Below are positions 56,530 to 64,000 of a stretch of DNA of 64,000 nucleotides, one piece after another. Numbering within the stretch: the stretch's first letter is position 1; every line of letters starts with the position of its first letter. A program made the translations under genes and the position numbers. The stretch comes from Candidatus Poribacteria bacterium (GTDB taxonomy: Bacteria; Poribacteria; WGA-4E; UBA9662): the NCBI GenBank assembly GCA_036339735.1, contig JAYZAL010000064.1:32001-96000 (forward strand), read 5' to 3'. A model generated the notes under the pieces. The model ran no database searches. It was not told the DNA's origin and was given only the letters and a program-made list of their open reading frames with translations.

Positions 56530-57924
56530 ATGGAGCTTTTTGAAGCCGTTAGCCCGCTCGATTTTCGGTATTATGGAGCAACTGAAACGGTAATGGATCG
56601 TTTACAACCCTATGTTTCAGAGTCAGCTTATGTGAGGTATCAGGCCAAAGTCGAAGCGGCTTTGGTAAGAACTCTAGCCAATCATGGGGTTTGCAGCTCT
56701 GAAGTTGCTGACCAAGTAGAGTCAGCAGTCGACCAAGTGACAGCAGAAGAAGTATACCAAGAACAAGCAAAAATTAGGCATAATATTCGTTCACTAGTTA
56801 ATGTCATTCGCCGTAAAATTACCCCTTCTGCAAGGCCTTATGTTCACTTATTTGCGACTTCGGCTGACATCTTAGATACTGCCACCTCTCTTCGTTTTAA
56901 AGAGCTAACCGAAAAAGTTATCCTTCCTAATTTAGTTGATTTTGTTCAGCAATTGATTGAATTAGCACGAATTCATGCAGAAACCGTTCAGATTGGTCGT
57001 ACACATGGACAACATGCAGAACCAATTACTTTTGGCTACGCCTTAGCTCTATACGTCAGTCGACTAGGTAATCGAATCGAATTAATTGATCAAGCTGCCA
57101 AAAATCTTCGAGGCCAGTTTTCAGGTGCTGTTGGCGCGTTTAATGGTTTATCTATGGTATTCGACAAACCAGAAAAATTGGAGACTGATTTACTCTCCTT
57201 GCTGGGTTTGAAGGCATCTGATACTCACACTTCAACGCAGTGTGTTGAACCTGAGTTTATTAGCGACTTAGCTTATGCTGTTTCATCTGCGTATACGATT
57301 CTTGCTAATTTTTCTGATGATATGCGGCACCTTTACCGTACCGAAATCGGAGAAGTTGGACGAAAATATGATCCCAATTTAGTCGGTTCATCAACCATGC
57401 CTCATAAGGTAAACCCAGAGGCCTTTGAGAATGTTAAGAGCTTATGGAAAGCGTTTATTCCTCGAATGCAAACCGTTTTCATGGATAGCATCTTAGAACA
57501 TCAAAGAGATTTAACAAACTCAGCTTCTAGCCGTTTTCTAACGGAGTTATTTACTGCTTTTGACTATTCAATCTATCGTTTGAGTAGAGCATTGACTGAA
57601 CTAGATGTTAAGTCAGATCGGATGTTACAGAATTTGCAACTCAGTGCTGGTAATACAATAGCAGAGCCGATCTATCTTTTATTGGCTTATTATGGTTTTC
57701 CTGATGCATATGACCACACACGGAAATTAGTATCTCAAGTCCATGACCGAGGTGCTACATTAACCGATCTACTTTGGTCTGACAGTAATTTACGCCCATT
57801 CCTTAACCAATTAACTGAAACACAACGCCAAACGCTACAAGATTCAACCCGTTACATTGGTGCTTCGGTTCAGCTAACACATAAAACTTGTGATGAATGG
57901 GAAAAGAAAATTAGTAAAGTCTAG
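56530..57924 (+). CDS. purB: adenylosuccinate lyase
   Basis: SPLDFRY, H.FATSADI, GRTHGQHAEP.TFG, GAVG, GSSTMPHKVNP, HQRDLTNS. Confidence 0.88.
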   Translation: MELFEAVSPLDFRYYGATETVMDRLQPYVSESAYVRYQAKVEAALVRTLANHGVCSSEVADQVESAVDQVTAEEVYQEQAKIRHNIRSLVNVIRRKITPSARPYVHLFATSADILDTATSLRFKELTEKVILPNLVDFVQQLIELARIHAETVQIGRTHGQHAEPITFGYALALYVSRLGNRIELIDQAAKNLRGQFSGAVGAFNGLSMVFDKPEKLETDLLSLLGLKASDTHTSTQCVEPEFISDLAYAVSSAYTILANFSDDMRHLYRTEIGEVGRKYDPNLVGSSTMPHKVNPEAFENVKSLWKAFIPRMQTVFMDSILEHQRDLTNSASSRFLTELFTAFDYSIYRLSRALTELDVKSDRMLQNLQLSAGNTIAEPIYLLLAYYGFPDAYDHTRKLVSQVHDRGATLTDLLWSDSNLRPFLNQLTETQRQTLQDSTRYIGASVQLTHKTCDEWEKKISKV

Positions 57925-58050
57925 CTATCGACGATACAATTCTACTCTGACACAAAAACGGTAATCTATTCAGTTTAGGCAAAATCTGTTCTAGACAACA
58001 GGACAATCCAAATTGATCAATATAAAAGCCCACTTTAATTGAGGGAAGAA

Positions 58051-59292
58051 ATGACATTTAAGATAGAGGACCCAAATAGAACTAAAGTAGACACTATAGT
58101 CATTGGTGGTGGTCCAGCAGGGTGTACTGCTGCTACATTGCTGGCTCAAGTAGGCCAAAAAGTAGTTCTTTTAGAAAGGTCTACCAAACCAACCTTCAAA
58201 ATAGGTGAATCTCTGATTCCAGGTACTTACTGGACGTTAGAAAGACTTGGCATGATTGAGAAGCTTAAACAGAGCCACTTTCAGAAAAAACATAGTGTCC
58301 AATTTTACTCATCGTCTGGCCGCGGGTCGGCCCCTTTCTACTTTTACGATAATGATCCCCACGAAAGTTCAGTAACTTGGCAAGTTCTAAGAAGTGAATT
58401 TGATCAAATGTTATTAGAGCACGCAACTGAAAGTGGTGTCATTGTTAAAAGGGGTGTCTCTGCACAAAAGGTCTTGTTTGAAGGAAATAGTGCAAGCGGT
58501 GTACAAGCTAAGTTTCCCGGTGGAACTATACGTCAAATTCAATCTGACGTCGTGGTTGATGCCACCGGCCAAAGTACATTGATATCGCGTAAGGGTGCTC
58601 TCAAGAAGAGCGACTCTCGATTAAAAAATGCTGCAATTTTCACCCATTTTCGGGGGGCAACTCGCGATCAAGGTCAAGACGAGGGGGCAACACTGGTAAT
58701 GCACACCAATGACAAATCTGCTTGGTTTTGGTATATCCCGTTAGCCGATGATTTAGTTAGTGTTGGTGTTGTTGGGCCCATTGATACTTTGTTGAAAGAC
58801 AAGAGGAAAGGGCTGCAATATATCTTTGATAATCAAGTCGAAAAGTGTTTGCCACTGAAAGAGCGTATACAATCAGCAGAGCAAGTTTTTTCAGCCAAAG
58901 CGACAAAGGATTTTTCTTATCGATCGTCCCAGGCCGCTGGAGATGGATGGGTTTTAGTGGGAGATGCACTCGGGTTCCTAGACCCTGTATATTCTTCCGG
59001 CGTCTTACTAGCATTTCAATCGGGTGAGATGGCCGCAGACTGCATTATCGACGCATGGAAAAATAATGATTTTTCAGAAAAGCGCTTGTCAGCTTTTCAA
59101 GATAAATTCTGGCAAGGTATGGATGCTTTCAAAAAATTAGTTTATGCCTTCTACAGTAAAGATTTCAGTTTTGCCCGCTTTTTGAAAAAGTATCCACAGT
59201 GTAAACAAGGTGTGACGGACATACTGAGTGGAAATATATTTAAACCTTCAGTTCAGCAAATTTTCGAACCACTGGACCAAATGTTATCCTGA
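58051..59292 (+). CDS. FAD-dependent oxidoreductase, flavin-dependent halogenase family
   Basis: GGGPAG, IGESL, RSEFDQML, DATG, WFWYIP, GDA.GFLDPVYSSG. ATG 58051 follows GAGGG. Confidence 0.82.
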   Translation: MTFKIEDPNRTKVDTIVIGGGPAGCTAATLLAQVGQKVVLLERSTKPTFKIGESLIPGTYWTLERLGMIEKLKQSHFQKKHSVQFYSSSGRGSAPFYFYDNDPHESSVTWQVLRSEFDQMLLEHATESGVIVKRGVSAQKVLFEGNSASGVQAKFPGGTIRQIQSDVVVDATGQSTLISRKGALKKSDSRLKNAAIFTHFRGATRDQGQDEGATLVMHTNDKSAWFWYIPLADDLVSVGVVGPIDTLLKDKRKGLQYIFDNQVEKCLPLKERIQSAEQVFSAKATKDFSYRSSQAAGDGWVLVGDALGFLDPVYSSGVLLAFQSGEMAADCIIDAWKNNDFSEKRLSAFQDKFWQGMDAFKKLVYAFYSKDFSFARFLKKYPQCKQGVTDILSGNIFKPSVQQIFEPLDQMLS

Positions 59293-59572
59293 ACTGTAGA
59301 AAAATTGGCATACTTCAACAGAAAAGTCCTCGATAACCAGTAATTGTTTAACCGTTGGCAGCTCATTTTTGGTCGGTTATCCATTTCCCTACTCATCTGG
59401 CAAACGAATAGCCACCAGTTTAGCCAACTTATGTTGTTGCGCCATTAACTAACGGTCTCGCCTGTGTTTGGATTAAAGGTTTTCCCCAAATCTTTGTGTT
59501 GTATTGAAAACTAAGGAGAATTTGCCAATACACTCTCTTGTTAGTAAAAAAATCTCGAAGACTCTGGATTTC

Positions 59573-60166
59573 CTACTTAAGAAATTTTATCTGGGTGTTC
59601 GTGATTGCAATTGACATTTCTTCCGTGTAGGTATGCAAAGTCCGGAAATCCAATACGGCTTCGTCCGCTCGAAAAATATCGATGATCGTACTCGGTGGCA
59701 AATGTTGCTCGGAGGTAGTGCCATTGAGTTTAGTCTTAGGAAATATTTGCTGAAGGCGAAACTCAAACTTACAATCAACCAATTGATGAAATTCTTTTTC
59801 GAAAGGGGTTAAGCAATCAAATTGCCTCAATTCCAAGGATATTTGGTATGGGGGGTAACAGAACTGATCATTCTGTAATCCTGCCATATGATAGATTCGG
59901 CTGTCAGAAGGTAATATTCCTTGGTCCGCCGAAACAATTTCTGTTAGTTTATTATTCTCAGTTTCAATTATTACCACATGACTACTGCCAATGATCCAGA
60001 ATTCAGCCTCATATTTGCAGCGCTTTAGTCGACTTTGTCGAAAAATTTGGAAATAACTAGGAGAAATCCGACCTTCATACAGATGAAACTCAAGGTTGGA
60101 AACCTGTTGCTCGACATAATCAATTGTCTCTGGTGCAGATAGAAGATGATTCGTTAGCTTGGACAC
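59573..60166 (-). CDS. DUF2617-like protein
   Basis: L.F.LY...I.P..F.I, IIGSSHVV, LTE, TLHTY.EE pattern; co-oriented with a DUF350-like gene. Confidence 0.6.
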   Translation of the reverse strand: MSKLTNHLLSAPETIDYVEQQVSNLEFHLYEGRISPSYFQIFRQSRLKRCKYEAEFWIIGSSHVVIIETENNKLTEIVSADQGILPSDSRIYHMAGLQNDQFCYPPYQISLELRQFDCLTPFEKEFHQLVDCKFEFRLQQIFPKTKLNGTTSEQHLPPSTIIDIFRADEAVLDFRTLHTYTEEMSIAITNTQIKFLK

Positions 60167-60183
60167 AAGAATCTAAAAAGTAC

Positions 60184-60492
60184 TTACAAAATAGCTGCAG
60201 CCACAATCAGCCCCAATGCTATCATAATTCCGGCGACGATTAGACCCGCTGCGGTATTCTTCTTCTCTTCAATTTCTCGGTTGAGGCTAAAGGGCGTAAT
60301 CCAATCAAAAATTTTGAATCCAACCATCAAAACTATAATGCCTAAGAAACTATAGATTAATGCAGCAGCCAAACCGAGAGGCAAATCACTCCAAAAGCTA
60401 GAATTAGCGGGATTAACGATACCCTGCTGTGCTGCTATTGCGCCTGACAACGTAGAAATCACCAACATTAGTCCAGTCAATTTTCGATTCAT
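60184..60492 (-). CDS. DUF350-like small membrane protein
   Basis: IYSFLGI...FKIFDWITPF.L.REI.EK.N.AAG...GL.VAAAI. Confidence 0.8.
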   Translation of the reverse strand: MNRKLTGLMLVISTLSGAIAAQQGIVNPANSSFWSDLPLGLAAALIYSFLGIIVLMVGFKIFDWITPFSLNREIEEKKNTAAGLIVAGIMIALGLIVAAAIL

Positions 60493-60543
60493 AACTTAAT
60501 TTGACTCCTTTGGTCTAGTTTTGCATCATTTTTTAGTGAGAGG

Positions 60544-61656
60544 TTACTTGCCAAAACCACGACTGCCTCCCCGGAATGAACTCCCCCGTGATGATGATCG
60601 GCCTGGGAAACCACCACTGCGAGAATTGGCTACTTTCCTGGGTCTAGTGGTGACTACTCTGTTAGTAGTAGATGTATTTCCTCTAACTGAGGTTTGACGC
60701 CCAAATCCACCACTTCGAACACTGCCAGCCTTCTGCCGGGCAGCCATAGTACGTTTAGACTTCATCTGCTGAATCGCTTTGGGTGCCTGAGTCCTAGTTT
60801 TAGCTCTACTACTTCGAACATTATTTGTGGGTGCTGATTGAGCTGGATTAGCGTTTTTGTATCGAGTAATAGTTCTGGTCCGAGTAACAGTTCTAGTCGC
60901 AACTGGTGCGTGCCAACCACCGTAGTACCTAGGGTACCACCCTCCATACCAACCACCGCCATACCACGAGTATGGTGAAAACAAAATGTCTCTAATGACC
61001 ATATAACGTAGGTAACTACCCATCCAACTGTGGCTATCTGAGTGATAATCACGCCGATAGTGATTGGGTTTTCCCTCATAAGCATGAGGATTTGCTTCAG
61101 CACCAATGACCATCTGTTGTGATGTTTGATCAAAAGTAATTGACAAAGCCACCAACTCGATGCCGTTTTTAGCGACTTGATCCCAATCGACGTCATATGC
61201 AGCGGGGTCTTTGGGGTATTCAGTTGGGTCTGGAACACGAATCGAATATATCGCAGCTTCACCTTGAACTGATTCAGGTACAACCAATAAAGGATCCAGA
61301 TTTGCATCTTCGTTGAGATCAACTTGGTAATTAATGTCTGGGTTACTAATAATTTTATGGCTTAGTTTCCTCACTACGTTTTGCTGAAACTTTTGTGAGT
61401 CAGGTTTTTCCGTCGGAGCTAATTCTTCCAAAACCTCACGCATTACATCAGGCAAAATAGCTGGATTGAGCTTATCAGTTAGATCTATCTTCACATTTAC
61501 GTTGGTTTGTGCAACCCCAACTGAATAAGTTTGGTTCTTGGCTGGTACTCTGTCATTGGATGAAACCTGATTTTCGCTACTACTACAACCAAGATAGAGG
61601 ACAAAAGACATCAATAAAATTAAGCTGCTTCCTATTAGGATAGTAGACCCTTTCAT
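60544..61656 (-). CDS. lipoprotein with aromatic/Gly-rich segment and R/S/G-rich tail ending SFRGGSRGFGK
   Basis: ATG 61656 with AGGA RBS; lipobox YLG-C; EF-hand-like DLNEDANLD; SWYGGGWYGGWY; basic tail. Confidence 0.75.
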   Translation of the reverse strand: MKGSTILIGSSLILLMSFVLYLGCSSSENQVSSNDRVPAKNQTYSVGVAQTNVNVKIDLTDKLNPAILPDVMREVLEELAPTEKPDSQKFQQNVVRKLSHKIISNPDINYQVDLNEDANLDPLLVVPESVQGEAAIYSIRVPDPTEYPKDPAAYDVDWDQVAKNGIELVALSITFDQTSQQMVIGAEANPHAYEGKPNHYRRDYHSDSHSWMGSYLRYMVIRDILFSPYSWYGGGWYGGWYPRYYGGWHAPVATRTVTRTRTITRYKNANPAQSAPTNNVRSSRAKTRTQAPKAIQQMKSKRTMAARQKAGSVRSGGFGRQTSVRGNTSTTNRVVTTRPRKVANSRSGGFPGRSSSRGSSFRGGSRGFGK

Positions 61657-61773
61657 TATATGTTTTCCTAATCTTTTTTTTGATAATCTTAGCAAAGTGA
61701 TTCCCTAACCTCGTACATTATAGAATGCCGCTACTTCTAATAACAAGTGTTAGCTTGATTTAGTGTGTGGTAT

Positions 61774-61802
61774 TTGAACCGAAAGATAATAATTTATATA
61801 AT
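61774..61802 (+). promoter_or_regulatory. sigma70-type promoter for the GH32 gene
   Basis: TTGAAC-17 nt-TATAAT, then AGGA RBS before ATG 61839. Confidence 0.6.
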
Positions 61803-61838
61803 GTGGGTATAGTTTACCATGAACTTAGGATATAACAG

Positions 61839-63425
61839 ATGAATACACATACGTTGACAATGAAGCTCGAAAAAAAATACTTATTATTTCCCATTTTTAA
61901 TGGTGTAGATATGACTCATATCGATGTTAGTATTGAAGGCCAAAATGTACGTGAGTTTGACGCAGAACTTGCAACTGATATTTCAAAAATTAGTTTTTGG
62001 TCTTTCCTAGATATAACTGAATTTCATGGCCAATCAGCAACAATCCAACTAAGGGGTGCAACCGAAACCGGAATCAATTTGATACGTCAATCAGAAGAAA
62101 TTCCAGAAATTGATATGTTTTATCGTGAGTCTTTACGACCACAATTTCATTTCTCGCAGCTAGTTGGTTGGAATAATGACCCAAACGGATTGGTATATTA
62201 CGATGGTGAATGGCATCTCTATTTTCAACACAACCCTTACGGCTGGAAGTGGGGAAATATGCATTGGGGGCACGCAGTCAGTAATGACTTAATACATTGG
62301 AAGCAGAAGCCTATTTCGATTTACAACAAACGTCGCGGGGACTGGGCTTTTTCCGGCGGTGCAGTTGTGGATGAAAACAATACGGGTGGATGGCAAACAG
62401 ACCAAGAGAAAGTTATTGTGGCTTCTTGGACCAGTACAGGCCGAGGTGAGTGTATTTCTTATAGTAATGATCGAGGTCAGACTTTTACTGAATACGAAGA
62501 AAATCCTGTGATTAAACATCAAGGCCGTGATCCCAAGATTATTTGGTACGCCAAAAAAAAACAATGGGTGATGGCTGTCTACACTGAAACTTCATCTGAG
62601 ACAGAAGAAAAAGAATTAGTACGGTCAATTGCATTTTACACTTCGAATGACCTTAAGAGATGGTCTTTTCAAAGTCAACTTGATGGTTATTATGAATGTC
62701 CTGAAATATTTGAGATGCCTGTAAATGAGAATCAGGATGATACTCGCTGGGTTATCTTTGCTGCTGATGGCCAGTATTCAATAGGTTACTTTGATGGACA
62801 AATATTCACGCCTGAACATGATAAAAAACAGCGGGTACATTACGGTCAGTACTACGCTTCCCAAACTTTTAGTAATAGTCCTGATGGGCGGCGTATACAA
62901 ATAGGATGGGCACAAATTGAAATGGAAGGAATGCCATTCAATCAAACTTTTAGTTTTCCGCATGTTCTTACACTTCGAAAAACCGATGACGGTTTGCGAT
63001 TATTTGCAGAACCCATCCAAGAAATTGAGATTCTACACCAAACCCAACACACCATCGAAAATGTTGATTTAACCGACAATCAAACTGCTAGATTGAAGGT
63101 CAGAGGGGAGTTATTTGACATCCGCGCTAATTTTATATTAGAAGGGGCAAAGAGTCTTGGCATCGACATAGGCGGAGAGAAGATAACTTATGATGTATCA
63201 AAAGGTTTACTGAATGATGTTCCATTAGAGCCCGAAAGCAATCAAATAACGTTGCAAATTCTGGTTGATCGTCCAATGCTAGAAATTATTGGGAATCGTG
63301 GTCGAGTATTTATTACCAGTAGCCGGCGTATTTTGGGTGTGGTAGAAACTATTTCGGCTTTTGCTGAAGGTGGTTCAGCTAAATTAGTTGGTTTGGAAGT
63401 TAATCAGCTAAAGTCAATTTGGTAG
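61839..63425 (+). CDS. glycoside hydrolase family 32 (levanase/fructosidase-like)
   Basis: WNNDPNG, FQHNP, WGHAVS, FSG, RDP and ECP catalytic motifs. Confidence 0.93.
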   Translation: MNTHTLTMKLEKKYLLFPIFNGVDMTHIDVSIEGQNVREFDAELATDISKISFWSFLDITEFHGQSATIQLRGATETGINLIRQSEEIPEIDMFYRESLRPQFHFSQLVGWNNDPNGLVYYDGEWHLYFQHNPYGWKWGNMHWGHAVSNDLIHWKQKPISIYNKRRGDWAFSGGAVVDENNTGGWQTDQEKVIVASWTSTGRGECISYSNDRGQTFTEYEENPVIKHQGRDPKIIWYAKKKQWVMAVYTETSSETEEKELVRSIAFYTSNDLKRWSFQSQLDGYYECPEIFEMPVNENQDDTRWVIFAADGQYSIGYFDGQIFTPEHDKKQRVHYGQYYASQTFSNSPDGRRIQIGWAQIEMEGMPFNQTFSFPHVLTLRKTDDGLRLFAEPIQEIEILHQTQHTIENVDLTDNQTARLKVRGELFDIRANFILEGAKSLGIDIGGEKITYDVSKGLLNDVPLEPESNQITLQILVDRPMLEIIGNRGRVFITSSRRILGVVETISAFAEGGSAKLVGLEVNQLKSIW

Positions 63426-63719
63426 ACATGAAATCAAGGTTGATCAATTTGGTTTTAAATTTTGAAAAAGTTAGCCTACCACGTTAGGTCGTCCTGGGAA
63501 TCAGAAAGAAGAGAAGAATTGTAGAGATTTATTGGAATATACTCAGCTAATTTAGAAGAAAGTCTCTGAGTAAGTTGAACTACCTCATTAGTAAAACAAT
63601 ATAACATAGACAATTTCTCTCACACACAAACGAGATTACAATGAGAGATACTCGTTGTTGACACCTAACACCTGTTTTGCTAGAATCAACCGCTTACGAT
63701 AGAAAAAGGATTTTTGTTA

Positions 63720-64000
63720 ATGTCTGTAAAAACATGTTTGATGATTGGGGCTAGTGGCCGTGCTGGTAGCTGGATTCGTACGTTTACAGATCAGTTCAGT
63801 GAACGAGTAAAAATCGTTGGCTTAGTCGACGTAAACCAAGAAGTTTTAGAAAATCAAGGACATAAGTTAGGATTGAGTAAAAACCAATTATTTAATGATC
63901 ATCAGGTTGCTATCAACTCAGTAAAAGCTGACTTTTGTGGGATTTCCACACCTCCTCAATTTCATAGCTCTGCTGCTGTATTAGCCATGAACCGAGGAAT
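63720..64000 (+). CDS. Gfo/Idh/MocA-family oxidoreductase, truncated by the window end
   Basis: My translation: MSVKTCLMIGASGRAGSW...IVGLVDVN...ADFCGISTPPQFH...AMNRG. Confidence 0.8.
   Translation, partial: MSVKTCLMIGASGRAGSWIRTFTDQFSERVKIVGLVDVNQEVLENQGHKLGLSKNQLFNDHQVAINSVKADFCGISTPPQFHSSAAVLAMNRG

Noticed and set aside
235-62963. Numerous 60-190 aa ORFs antisense to or out of frame within larger genes (e.g. 3364-3744, 16432-16794, 22192-22593, 60762-61322)
   Set aside because: Shadow ORFs fully overlapping well-supported genes, with no motifs of their own.
1-64000. tRNA, rRNA, CRISPR arrays, IS elements
   Set aside because: None recognised by eye in the intergenic gaps; tRNAscan-SE/Infernal/CRISPR finders were not run.

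Overview
AT-rich, gene-dense bacterial chromosomal window with no rRNA, tRNA, CRISPR array or mobile element that I could recognise. Likely origin is a diderm, LPS-making organism, plausibly Candidatus Poribacteria. This is inferred from the NYPNPFNPETW C-terminal domain, three PhyH genes and a sulfatase. The centrepiece is a minus-strand run of 23 ORFs (35434->8255, about 27 kb, all gaps <=56 bp). It begins as a flagellar rod/ring/hook operon: flgG-flgA-flgH-flgI-[flgJ::fliK fusion]-flgD-TIGR02530-like-flgC-flgE-flgF-flgN-flgK-flgL. It continues without a break into a 1376-aa cohesin/dockerin protein, a lytic transglycosylase, a second cohesin protein, a TPR lipoprotein, a FliK-like/FlhB-C-like pair, a 1104-aa PEGA/repeat/FGE-fold protein and two FlgT-C-like proteins. 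FlgL carries two copies of an inserted ~70-aa domain that recurs five times in the 1104-aa protein. My best candidate for an undescribed system is this flagellum-linked cohesin-dockerin/adhesin surface module together with the FlgJ-FliK fusion. The flanks hold housekeeping and catabolic genes: gmhB, split hldE halves, mtnA, pcrA, gatC, panC, an M28 peptidase, PhyH dioxygenases (one with a halogenase-like HxG motif), yitJ, a sulfatase, dsbD, queG, an HD-GYP regulator, purB, a flavin halogenase-like enzyme, a DUF350/DUF2617/lipoprotein trio and a GH32. All family calls come from motif recognition by eye, not database searches.
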